Notes: generated by a model from the sequence alone, not told the origin. Positions 29,738 to 38,712 are shown, counted from the first letter of the stretch. The stretch: 64,000 nucleotides of DNA from Patescibacteria group bacterium (GCA_028748975.1 JAQTPI010000006.1:366-64365), one strand, 5' to 3'. Numbers and translations are program-made.

Positions 29738-30463
29738 AATGGTAAACTTTCGGCTATAAATTTGGGTCAGAGGACGCAGACCGAAAATCATCTCATTTTC
29801 CAATTCATCCTCTTCACCATCCAAAATGCTTTGCCAGCGCATCATCTGCCAGATTGCCAGACCGGACAAAATGTCCGAAGTCGGACCCACGCTGGGTTCA
29901 GACCGGCAGACAGAAGGAGTGGCATCTTCATCGGTATAATGCAGTGTCTCTTCATAACCTGCGACGTGAGCCGGATTAATGGGATTGACAACGTAAATTC
30001 TGCCCTGGTCAGCGCCCATTCTGGTTTCAATCACCAGTTTGACATTGGGTTTGTATTTCAACGAACCATTCCAAATGTCCACGCGGGATTTCATGGTGTC
30101 GGTTAAGACGAAAACCACCTCTCCCAAAGTTTGGATACCGTCCACGAATTCGTCGTGAATGGTAATTTCGGTTCCGGTTTTCAAGCGGATCCATTCCCGC
30201 ATAGCCTCAATTTTTTTCTTGCCTACATCGCTTGGAAAAAACCTGGTGTTGGGCACGTTATGGTCCACCACCACGTCTGTGTCATAAAGCTCGATATTGG
30301 GTACGCCCAGTTCGGCCACGCCCAGGGCCGCTTTGGAACCAGTGGATCCACTGCCAATTATGGTCACGAGTTTCTCACCGAATTTATAGGGTGAAAACAC
30401 ACCCAAATGTCTGTTAACATCAAGAATTATTCTTGGTGTTGGTGTCGCTGTTGTTTCCGGCAC
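29732..30463 (-). CDS. E1-like ubiquitin-activating enzyme family protein (ThiF/MoeB/HesA fold, minimal 243 aa)
   Basis: RBS AAGGAGG and GTG start. Gly-rich Rossmann loop IIGSGSTGS, LYDTDVVVDHNVPNTRFF (DxDxVxxxN.R motif), and a C...GVxGP-like catalytic loop VCRSEPSVGPTSDILSGLA. Confidence 0.7.
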   Translation of the reverse strand: MPETTATPTPRIILDVNRHLGVFSPYKFGEKLVTIIGSGSTGSKAALGVAELGVPNIELYDTDVVVDHNVPNTRFFPSDVGKKKIEAMREWIRLKTGTEITIHDEFVDGIQTLGEVVFVLTDTMKSRVDIWNGSLKYKPNVKLVIETRMGADQGRIYVVNPINPAHVAGYEETLHYTDEDATPSVCRSEPSVGPTSDILSGLAIWQMMRWQSILDGEEDELENEMIFGLRPLTQIYSRKFTIV

Positions 30464-30495
30464 GGTAACCTCCTTTTTTATTTTTAATCATGGCG

Positions 30496-31380
30496 TTAAT
30501 CGTATATGGTATTGTCTTCAAAACTGCCGCTTTTGTCAGCCAGATTGGTTCCTTGCTGAAAACCAACGGCCGCGGGGTCAGTACCGTAAGAACTGGTTTG
30601 ATAATACGGATAAACCGTTACTGGTTCCGGTTCTTTAATCACAATCTTATCTTTGATTACCTGCTGCCAATATTCGCGGCGAGCCGGATCAATCGGTTGG
30701 CGTTTGCCCAAAACTTCCCAAGGCGCATCCTCAATCAGTAAATTTTCTTCTATTAAATACAGGGTTACTTGCATCCGGCCGTCTTTATTAAAAATACACC
30801 GGATAAAATGGTCGTAGCAGTCCCCGACAAACTCATCCATTTGGTCCTCGTCCGGTCCGCTGGCAAATGTTCCCATATGAACATGGCAATGACCCCAATA
30901 GCGGATGGAGTTAAAAATCTCCGCGCCATTGGGACGGGTCAATATTTCTTGGGTAACCAACTCAGCTTGTCCACCCGGAGTCAGCTTGCATTCCGAACCG
31001 TGCACCTCTTGCCCGGGCACAAAAATCTCCTTGATGAAAAAATCTTGGCCCCGTTTCTCCACCCAACCCAAATTGCCGATTTCCACCCTCATTAAATCGG
31101 CCAGAATGAACTGGTCGTTGATAACGGTGGGGTCAAAATAGGTTATGGGAATATGCACATTTTGCGGCGGTGCGATAAAACTCACTTTTGGCACAAATTC
31201 ATGCTGTTTAAAATCTTTGGTCTTCCTGAATTTCTTTCGCCAACCCTTCCAGGTTCCTTTTTTCCAGGTTCCCTTGGTCCCGCCGCTTCCGACATAAATA
31301 ATTTTAGGCTCCTCTATTTTTTGTTCCGGTTTTGCCATCTCTGGTTTTGGGTCTGTCGCCACTTTGTCGGGCTTTGTCAT
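30496..31380 (-). CDS. JAB/MPN(+) domain metalloprotease (JAMM isopeptidase-like) with basic N-terminal extension
   Basis: Complete JAMM motif: upstream Glu (GQEVHGSE), then HCHVHMGTFASGPD, which is HxHx7Sx2D. 294 aa. Confidence 0.7.
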   Translation of the reverse strand: MTKPDKVATDPKPEMAKPEQKIEEPKIIYVGSGGTKGTWKKGTWKGWRKKFRKTKDFKQHEFVPKVSFIAPPQNVHIPITYFDPTVINDQFILADLMRVEIGNLGWVEKRGQDFFIKEIFVPGQEVHGSECKLTPGGQAELVTQEILTRPNGAEIFNSIRYWGHCHVHMGTFASGPDEDQMDEFVGDCYDHFIRCIFNKDGRMQVTLYLIEENLLIEDAPWEVLGKRQPIDPARREYWQQVIKDKIVIKEPEPVTVYPYYQTSSYGTDPAAVGFQQGTNLADKSGSFEDNTIYD

Positions 31381-31474
31381 TTCTTTTCCGTCCTTTCTTT
31401 TTTAAATCTTGGGTTAGAGGGGTTTAAATTGCGGGCGAGCGCTAGGTTTAACCCGGCGCCCGCCCCGCTGTTTT

Positions 31475-33445
31475 TTATTTTTTTGCCTTTTCTACAATTG
31501 GCCAGTTATCAATATGCTGGCCCATGGGATCGTTATAATTCGCCGATTCCAAAAAAACAATGCACATAATCAATAATGGCATGAAATCAAAACGGGCAAT
31601 CAATTGCGGTAAAACTTCTTCCATCTCGGCGCCCAGACAGGCATGGCCATCCTCAAATACGTGGGGAGCATTGTGTCCGCCTATCTTTTGCGTCAAATTA
31701 AAAAATCTGATTTGGTTGCAATCGCCATTAAGCGGAATAACAATCCGGAAAGCGCCAATCAAGTGTATTTGGTCTTTTCTCGGATGTTTGCAGAATAAAA
31801 TATCAGTATCCACTATTAACTGGTTTTTGATGCAGCTGACTTTTCTTATCTTTTCCAATTGCCGCATTTTTTCAAAATCAATGGCAAATTGCTTCCGGTA
31901 AACTCCGCCATCCTTCTTCTTGCCATCCGCCACCTCTTTTAAGGCATCGTATTTTCTAATCGCGGTCACCAGTTGGATTTGCAAACTGTTTACCCGGTTG
32001 GCCACTTCCGTCAATTCTTCCTTGGCGTCCTTAATAATTGACTCTTTATTTTGCAGACAAGTGTTGGCGTAGGCCTGTCCTTGTGCTGTCCGCATCTTGG
32101 CTTCCTGTTTTTGTCTTTCCGCTGTTGTGCTTGTTAAAAGACTGGCCACGGCTTGCATCAACTTTTTAAAAATCTTTTTATATTCTTCGTCCGCTCCCAA
32201 AATAGGGAAGGGAATATAAAGATTTCTGCCCGCTATGATTTGTCCGGCCTCTTGGCCGTCCTCATCATATATTATTTTCCCTTCGTTGGTAATCTGAAAA
32301 GATCCGCTTTTGGTTGGCAGAGGAATTCTCCAAAGCTGTTTGGGTGTTAAAAACCCCTGTCTGATGCTTTCCGTTGGCGCGGCAAAAAAATAAATATGAA
32401 ACATGTTGTCATAGCGCGGCAGGTCTCTCATCCGAAACTCGCCTCCGCCGTTATGCAAACAGATGCTCCGCCTAATCTTTGTCATTAATTCCCGGCTGAT
32501 GATGGGCGCGTAAACACGCCTGACTAATTCCAGCTCTCTGCTGTTAAAACCCCCAGAATCAATTACCATCGACCTGTCTATCTCTATGCCCTCCAGTTTT
32601 TTGGAGTCTTTCTTTTTTTCCGGTTCCACTGCTTTAACTGGCCGCCGAAACCTTTTCAGTTGGGAAAAAACTTCCGGCGCCACCACCGCTTCCAGAATTT
32701 TTCTAAAAATAGTAAGTTCTGACTCGCGGCCATAATGACACAGGTCGTGAAAAATATAAAGAGTGTTTTCGCCCACCAGCTCGGCCACCGCATATCTTTT
32801 GTCTCTAATCACTATGCCTTGGCCGCTGGGTGCGAAAGATTCATCATCACAAGCCACCCTTGTTCCCCAAATCTTCTCAGGTGTCTGGGTTTCCGTGTCA
32901 CCGCTTTCTGACGGGGCCGACCAAATGCGGATATGGAAAACATCGCCTTCAGCCGGGCTGGTATGTTTTCGATGCGGCACGCTGATGACAATTTCTGTTC
33001 CAATTTTTGGTAAAAGAATTTCTTTGGCTAATTTACGAAATCGGCTGCTGCCCTCGCCGTTCCAATCTTTGATTTTCACCTGGCAATCAGCGCCTCTGTC
33101 TTTTTTTGAATTATCAAAAATTACTCTTTGTATGATTCTTTTTTGTTCCTTGGTGATGGCCGAAGTGTTTTTCCACCATTTTAAATCATCGCCCTTGGCA
33201 TATTCCGGATCCAAACCGGTTATCTCCGCAATCTCCAGTTTAAAAACTCCGGTGATCTCGGTTGGTAATTCTGCCAAACTCATTTTTTTTAGGGCTCTTA
33301 ATCCCTGGCTTAACTGTGTTTCGTCCAAAACAATGCCTTTTTTACTGCCCATCTCAAAGTCGGCAAAAATGACCTTTTGGGCATTTAAAGCCGCTTTTTT
33401 ACTCTCGTCAATAGCTGGCAAAAAATAATTTCTCACCACTTCCAT
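31475..33445 (-). CDS. large paralog 1 (656 aa): internal duplicated domain, coiled coil, C-terminal UBC/E2-like domain with putative catalytic Cys (GHACLG)
   Basis: RBS AAGGAGG. C-terminal FRIVIPLNGD...IRFFNLTQKIGGHNAPHVFEDGHACLG...LLIMCIVFLESANYNDP aligns with the UBC-fold pattern F.L.I.FP.DYP...HPN...G.ICLDIL...LLSICSLL.DPNPDDP. Confidence 0.6.
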   Translation of the reverse strand: MEVVRNYFLPAIDESKKAALNAQKVIFADFEMGSKKGIVLDETQLSQGLRALKKMSLAELPTEITGVFKLEIAEITGLDPEYAKGDDLKWWKNTSAITKEQKRIIQRVIFDNSKKDRGADCQVKIKDWNGEGSSRFRKLAKEILLPKIGTEIVISVPHRKHTSPAEGDVFHIRIWSAPSESGDTETQTPEKIWGTRVACDDESFAPSGQGIVIRDKRYAVAELVGENTLYIFHDLCHYGRESELTIFRKILEAVVAPEVFSQLKRFRRPVKAVEPEKKKDSKKLEGIEIDRSMVIDSGGFNSRELELVRRVYAPIISRELMTKIRRSICLHNGGGEFRMRDLPRYDNMFHIYFFAAPTESIRQGFLTPKQLWRIPLPTKSGSFQITNEGKIIYDEDGQEAGQIIAGRNLYIPFPILGADEEYKKIFKKLMQAVASLLTSTTAERQKQEAKMRTAQGQAYANTCLQNKESIIKDAKEELTEVANRVNSLQIQLVTAIRKYDALKEVADGKKKDGGVYRKQFAIDFEKMRQLEKIRKVSCIKNQLIVDTDILFCKHPRKDQIHLIGAFRIVIPLNGDCNQIRFFNLTQKIGGHNAPHVFEDGHACLGAEMEEVLPQLIARFDFMPLLIMCIVFLESANYNDPMGQHIDNWPIVEKAKK

Positions 33446-33464
33446 GCTTCTTCCTCCTTTTAAG

Positions 33465-33541
33465 CTGGGTTTTTAAGGTTCATCTTCACTGTTTTTAGTG
33501 AATAGCTAACCTTAGCAAAACTAAAAAACCTTGTCAAGTAA
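33465..33541 (-). promoter_or_regulatory. promoter/leader module of paralog 1
   Basis: Minus strand: cTTGACA-N17-TAAGGT, hairpin TTCACT-N6-AGTGAA, GAACCTTAAAAACC box, AAGGAGG, ATG. Confidence 0.55.
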
Positions 33542-33601
33542 TAAAATAAATAAAAAACGGTCTGCTTTGCCAGCAGGCCGTTATCTTGAAAACATTTATT
33601 T

Positions 33602-35563
33602 TTATTTTTGTTCCGTAACTATTGGCCAGTCCGCCACCCGCTCTCCGGCGCTCGCCTGGCCCTCTGCCGTTTCCAGAAAAATAAGACACATGGTTATCAA
33701 TGGTCCAAAATCAAACCGGGCGATTAATTGCGGTAAGATTTCTTGCAGCTGGCTGCCAAAGTAAGCCTGGCCATCCGGCGCCACGTTGGGAGCATTAAAT
33801 TCGTTAACCCGCCGTGTCAGATTAAAAAATCTGATATCCTCGCAATTGCCCCAAAAAGGGATAAAAATCTGGAAAGCGCCAATCAGGCGTGTTTCTTTTT
33901 TGCTGTAGAAAAGAGTGTTGGTCTCCACTATAAGACAATCCGGGGTGAAAGTAATCTGCCTTATCTTTTCCAGTCGCCCCATTTTCTCAAAATCAGCGCT
34001 AAACTTCTCTTGGTCGCCACCCTTTCTTTTGCCCTCGGTTGCTTCCTTCAGCGCATCATGCTTTCTGATGGCCGCTATCAACTGTGTTTGAAAATTTTTG
34101 ATTTGCCTGGTAATATCCACAAACTCAGCCGCGGCATCTTTCTTGATCAAATCTTTATACTGCCAACAAATGGCGGCATAAGCTTTTCCTTTGGCTGCCC
34201 GCATTTCTTCTTCCCACTGCTGCCTTTCCGCTGCCGTACTGGTAAAAAGCCTGGCCACTTCTGCCATTAAACAGGTAAAAATCCGTTGCAATGTTTTTTG
34301 GTCGGAAAATAAAAAAAATGGAATATAAAGATTTCGGCCGCCGATAATTTGCCCGACTCTTTGTCCAGCATCATCATAAACCATTACCCCTTCCCTGGTA
34401 ATCGGGCAAGGGTTATTCCCGGCCGGCAAACTAATGCCCCATAATTTATTTGATGAAGAAAATTGTCTGCCCGCCATTGAATTGGTAAAAAATATATGAA
34501 ACACCTCGTCATAAAAAGGTAATGGCTGTTGTCTTATGCTCCTATTTTTATGCAGGCAAACGCCGCGCTTAATTTTTGCCATTAATTCCCGCGCGATAAT
34601 TGGAGCATAAACTTTTCTAGCCAAAGCGCATTCTTCTGAGCTAAACCCCGGTAATTCCATCGTCAGTGTTTTATTTATATCTATTTTTTTGCTTTCCAAT
34701 TCTTTTGATTTTGTTTCTTTTTTTACTGGAGCTGGCCGCCGAAACCTTTTCAGTTGGGAAAAAACTTCCGGCGCCACCACCGCTTCCAGAATTTTTCTAA
34801 AAATAGTAAGTTCTGACTCGCGGCCATAATGACACAGGTCGTGAAAAATATAAAGGGTGTTTTCGCCCACCAGCTCGGCCACTGCGTAGTTGTTTGTCTT
34901 GTCTTTAATAACTAGGCCAAGGCCGCTCGCTGGAAAAGATGCGTCACCGCAAGCCACTTCTGTTCCCCAGATAGTTGGGGGTGTGCGAACCTCTCTGGAT
35001 CCGCTCTTCAATGGTGCCGACCAGATGTAGATATAAAAATTATCATCTGCAACCGGTTCTTTTTGGTCTCCATGTGGCACGCTGATAAAAATGTTTGTTT
35101 TAATTCTGGGCCAAAGAATTTCTTCGGCTAGCTGGCAATAATCTTCGCTGTTACTGCGTCCGTCCCAATGATCAACTGTCACAAAACCCGACCCATCCTC
35201 CTCTTCTATTGTTTCTTCTTTTTTCAAACTCTCACCAATCTTTTCCTGTAAAAATCTCCGTTGCTCTGCCGCCAGGGTGTAGCTATTTTTGCACCACCTC
35301 AAATCATCGCCTTGGGCATATTCCGGATCCGCCCCTGTGATGTCAATGGTCAAAAGCTTGAAAGCTCCCTCAATCCCGGTGGACAGTTCCGCCAAGATTG
35401 CTTTGTTTAAAGCTCTCAATCCCTGAAGTAATTGGGTTTCGTCCAAAATAATGCCCTGTTCGCCTCCCAGTTCAAAATCGGCAAAAATGACCTTGTGGGC
35501 GTTTAAAGCTGTTTTTTGTGCCGCATTGACAGCTGCTAAAAAATAGCTTCTGACAACTTCCAT
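33602..35563 (-). CDS. large paralog 2 (653 aa): same architecture, E2-like active-site Cys/His replaced (DGQAYFG)
   Basis: 52-aa block identical to paralog 1. C-terminal domain is present but lacks the Cys and the NYNDP motif. Confidence 0.6.
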   Translation of the reverse strand: MEVVRSYFLAAVNAAQKTALNAHKVIFADFELGGEQGIILDETQLLQGLRALNKAILAELSTGIEGAFKLLTIDITGADPEYAQGDDLRWCKNSYTLAAEQRRFLQEKIGESLKKEETIEEEDGSGFVTVDHWDGRSNSEDYCQLAEEILWPRIKTNIFISVPHGDQKEPVADDNFYIYIWSAPLKSGSREVRTPPTIWGTEVACGDASFPASGLGLVIKDKTNNYAVAELVGENTLYIFHDLCHYGRESELTIFRKILEAVVAPEVFSQLKRFRRPAPVKKETKSKELESKKIDINKTLTMELPGFSSEECALARKVYAPIIARELMAKIKRGVCLHKNRSIRQQPLPFYDEVFHIFFTNSMAGRQFSSSNKLWGISLPAGNNPCPITREGVMVYDDAGQRVGQIIGGRNLYIPFFLFSDQKTLQRIFTCLMAEVARLFTSTAAERQQWEEEMRAAKGKAYAAICWQYKDLIKKDAAAEFVDITRQIKNFQTQLIAAIRKHDALKEATEGKRKGGDQEKFSADFEKMGRLEKIRQITFTPDCLIVETNTLFYSKKETRLIGAFQIFIPFWGNCEDIRFFNLTRRVNEFNAPNVAPDGQAYFGSQLQEILPQLIARFDFGPLITMCLIFLETAEGQASAGERVADWPIVTEQK

Positions 35564-35584
35564 GTTTCTGCCTCCTTTTCCATT

Positions 35585-35660
35585 AAATTTTTAAGGTCTG
35601 TTTGCTTCACTCTACTGGTGAATATTTCAGCTTAGCAAAACTTATCCCGCCTGTCAAGTT
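35585..35660 (-). promoter_or_regulatory. promoter/leader module of paralog 2
   Basis: TTGACA-N17-TAAGCT, hairpin TTCAC...GTGAA, CAGACCTTAAAAATT box, AAGGAGG. Confidence 0.55.
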
Positions 35661-35795
35661 TATTTTCTAAATAAAAATATAACAAAAAATAAAAAAACGG
35701 TCCAATAATTCGCCAGTTAGCGAATCGGACCGTTTGTTGAATTTTGAATTTTTATTATTTTTCGCTCAGTTTAAATATTTAAATCCAGACGAATC

Positions 35796-37790
35796 TTAGC
35801 TGGTTTTGCGTTTTCCTTTGTCCGCTTCCTCTTGTCCTGTTTTTACCAGCGGCCATTGATCAACATGTCTGCCGATATCATCAAGGTTCGCTGATTCCAA
35901 AAAAATAATGCACATAATAACAATTGACGTGAAATCAAAACGAGCCATCAGCTCTGGTATAATTTCATGCATCTCCCTGCCCAGACAGGCATGGCCGTCA
36001 GCATATACGTGGGGAGCGTTCATTCGGCTGTCATGCGCATTAATCAGCTGTGTCAAGTTAAAAAATCTGAGATCATTGCAGCTGCCCTTAAAAGGAATAA
36101 CGATCTGAAAAGCGCCGATCAGGCGTATTTCTTTATTAGTAGGGTGCTGGTAATAAAGAATATCAGTCTCCACAATCAGGTGGGTCTTGGTGAAAGAAGC
36201 CCATCTTATCTTGTCCAGTTGCCCTATTTTCTCAAATTCAGCGGCAAATCTCTCTTGATATAATTCTTTGCCCTCCTTTTTGTCCTCAACTACTCCTCTT
36301 AAAATATCCTGCCTTCTGTTGGCCGCTACCAATTGCGTTTGCAGATTTTTTATTTGGCTACCAGTCTCAGTCAGTTCCTGGCCGGCAGTTTCTTTTTTAA
36401 TTTTGGCAAGAATCGCCTCTTTGTAGTTTTGGCAAACACGAGCATAAGTTATTTTTTGAATTGCCATCAGCCCGGCTTCCCGCTGCTGCCTTTCGGCCGC
36501 CGTGCTCTTTAAAAGCCAGTTTACTTCTTCCAATAAACGAATAAAAAACTCTTTGTTTTCTTTGGTCTCAAAAGTTAAATAAAAAGGAAGGTAGAGATTG
36601 TTGCCATTAATGAGCCAAGCCACGACTTGGCCTTGGTTGTCATAAATCGCCCTTCCCTTGTTTAAGATCACTAGGGAGTTCTTGGGGTTATCCAATTTTA
36701 TGTTGATTCCCCAAGGCGTCGGTGGACTCAATGGCGCGTTTTTAATTGCCAGTCCCGGCGAGGCTCCCAAAAAAACATGGAACATATTATCATAAAAAGG
36801 CTGAGTTTTTTTGCCAAATTCCCCGCCATGTAAACACACGTTTCTTTTAATGACTGGGGTCAGCACCTGTTTAACTATCTTGGCTGCTTCTCCGTAAAGT
36901 CTTTCAAAAAAAATTCGTGAAGAAAAATCATTTGCGCCAGCTATGAAAACTTCTTGATCCAACCAATCAGCTGGTTTTTTTTCTTTTTCTTTCACTGCCA
37001 AGGCCTCAATAATAGCCATGGTTCTGGCGATTCCCTCTTCAAATATTCTTAACTCGTTTTCATCCCCGTTGTGGCTACAAATATCATGATGAAAATACAA
37101 ATTATTCATGCCGATTAATTCGGCTACCGCGTAGCCCGTGGCTTCATCCACCAGCGAAACTCCCAGACCACTGTCCACCGTACCAATACCACGATCTGAC
37201 ACTTCAATTCCCCAAATACTCTCCGGGGGACTCTTTGTGTTATGGCTTCCGCAACTGGGAGCGGCATGAAGGTGGATATAAAAATCCGAACCCAAAATCG
37301 GATCTGTCCAACCAGATTGTTTATGGATCTGGACCTTCTTTTTTATTTTTGGAGTTATGTTCTTCATTGCCAGCCGGGTAAAAGAATTGTCATCCGGCCA
37401 TTTCCGCCAATCTTGCCGAGCCGCCTTAATCCAATTTATTTCTCCTTCTCGCTCTTGTTCCGGCGGACATAAATAATTAAATAATAATTCCTTTGCCGCC
37501 TCCGGAATCTTCAAAATATTTTTGTACCAGTTCAATTCCTCTCCGGCTTCATAACCAGCATCGGGTTCCATCGGAACTAACAGAGTTTGATAAACTCCTC
37601 TCGCCCCAGTTGGTTGTTCCCAAAGTATGGCTTTTCGCAGCCGCAGTAAACAATGTTTAATTTGTGTCTCCTCAACCAAAATTTTTTGTCCATCTCCTGG
37701 TGTGACTCTGGAAAATTTCACGCCCTGCTGGGTTAAAAATGCCTCTTCCTCTCTGGTTACCATTAAAAGGAATTTTTTTGGTTCTTCCAT
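35796..37790 (-). CDS. large paralog 3 (664 aa): divergent member with intact E2-like motif NAPHVYADGHACLG...FLESANLDD
   Basis: Colinear with paralogs 1 and 2 at about 35-40% identity outside the conversion tract. Same promoter/leader module upstream. Confidence 0.6.
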   Translation of the reverse strand: MEEPKKFLLMVTREEEAFLTQQGVKFSRVTPGDGQKILVEETQIKHCLLRLRKAILWEQPTGARGVYQTLLVPMEPDAGYEAGEELNWYKNILKIPEAAKELLFNYLCPPEQEREGEINWIKAARQDWRKWPDDNSFTRLAMKNITPKIKKKVQIHKQSGWTDPILGSDFYIHLHAAPSCGSHNTKSPPESIWGIEVSDRGIGTVDSGLGVSLVDEATGYAVAELIGMNNLYFHHDICSHNGDENELRIFEEGIARTMAIIEALAVKEKEKKPADWLDQEVFIAGANDFSSRIFFERLYGEAAKIVKQVLTPVIKRNVCLHGGEFGKKTQPFYDNMFHVFLGASPGLAIKNAPLSPPTPWGINIKLDNPKNSLVILNKGRAIYDNQGQVVAWLINGNNLYLPFYLTFETKENKEFFIRLLEEVNWLLKSTAAERQQREAGLMAIQKITYARVCQNYKEAILAKIKKETAGQELTETGSQIKNLQTQLVAANRRQDILRGVVEDKKEGKELYQERFAAEFEKIGQLDKIRWASFTKTHLIVETDILYYQHPTNKEIRLIGAFQIVIPFKGSCNDLRFFNLTQLINAHDSRMNAPHVYADGHACLGREMHEIIPELMARFDFTSIVIMCIIFLESANLDDIGRHVDQWPLVKTGQEEADKGKRKTS

Positions 37791-37811
37791 GATTTTTACC
37801 TCCTTAAGTTA

Positions 37812-37884
37812 GGTTTTTAAAGTTCGTTTTCACTTCTTAAAGTGAGTACTTTAACTTAGCAAAATTAAAAAGAGTTGTCAAGTG
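37812..37884 (-). promoter_or_regulatory. promoter/leader module of paralog 3
   Basis: TTGACA-N17-TAAGTT, hairpin TCACTT...AAGTGA, GAACTTTAAAAACC box, AAGGAGG. Confidence 0.55.
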
Positions 37885-37948
37885 AGAAAAAATCAAAAAC
37901 CGTTCCGACACAATGTCGGAACGGCTCTTGTTTTTTGAAAAATCAAAA

Positions 37949-38266
37949 TTAGATTTTCAAATCATCAACCGCGGAGGTGTCGACCGGTTCGCGATTTTCT
38001 CTGCGCGGACCGCGAGTGGAACCTTCCGGTTCGTTGATTTTCATGTTAACGCGAGCGTTGTTTCTGGCGCCCACCACGCGCAGTAAGGTGCGGATGGCGT
38101 GGGCATTTCTGCCTTGGCGGCCAATGACATAACCCATATCAGCTGGGTTAAGGTCTAAAGTTAACAACACTCCCATTTCGTCAACCTTGCGATCAACTTT
38201 GACGTCGTTCGGGTTGTCCACAATCGCTTTGACCACGAACTCGACAAATTTCACATCATTTTCCAT
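37949..38266 (-). CDS. KH-domain RNA-binding protein (KhpA/YlqC-like) with C-terminal extension
   Basis: KH fold with GxxG: VIGRQGRNAHAIRTLLRVVG. Start placed at MENDVKF. Confidence 0.55.
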   Translation of the reverse strand: MENDVKFVEFVVKAIVDNPNDVKVDRKVDEMGVLLTLDLNPADMGYVIGRQGRNAHAIRTLLRVVGARNNARVNMKINEPEGSTRGPRRENREPVDTSAVDDLKI

Positions 38267-38484
38267 ATTTTCTCTTCTGTCAGGCCCGCAAATTCCAAAT
38301 GGCATTTCAGGCCTGTTTTTCCAGCAATCACGACCTTTCTTTACTTAATTTTTAAAAATATACCCTTGCTGGTTTTCAAAATAAGTATAGCATACCTTAA
38401 AATCTGTGTCAAATTCGAACTTGCGGTCTTTTGAAAGAAGGCTTATAATTAAATTAATATCAACAACAAAAATAGGAGGCAAAA

Positions 38485-38712
38485 ATGGCCGGACAAATTT
38501 TCAGGCGAGAATTGGTCGATCTCACACAAGACACAGAAGAAACCGCTCTCATGGTTGACATCGCTGGTAAATCACTAAAAGGAGGGGAGCTTATAATAGT
38601 TAGAGAAGTGATAAGCGATGAGACACCAGAAGGAAGAGCGCGGATAAAAAAACTTATTCAAAAGGGTTGGCAACAAGTAGAACCTGCCAAAAAAGAAGAC
38701 ATCAGGGGATGA
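38485..38712 (+). CDS. hypothetical protein (75 aa)
   Basis: RBS TAGGAGG upstream. Intrinsic terminator at 38703-38733. Confidence 0.45.
   Translation: MAGQIFRRELVDLTQDTEETALMVDIAGKSLKGGELIIVREVISDETPEGRARIKKLIQKGWQQVEPAKKEDIRG

Noticed and set aside
31475-37790. Paralog family considered as polymorphic toxins or surface adhesins
   Set aside because: No signal peptides, TM segments or recognisable toxin domains. The conserved C-terminal UBC-like block and E1/JAB/Ubl neighbourhood fit a conjugation enzyme better.
29571-37890. Possibility that the regularly recurring ~75-bp promoter/leader repeats are a CRISPR array
   Set aside because: The repeats are only ~70% identical, and the spacers are ~2 kb protein-coding genes. 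No cas genes are present.
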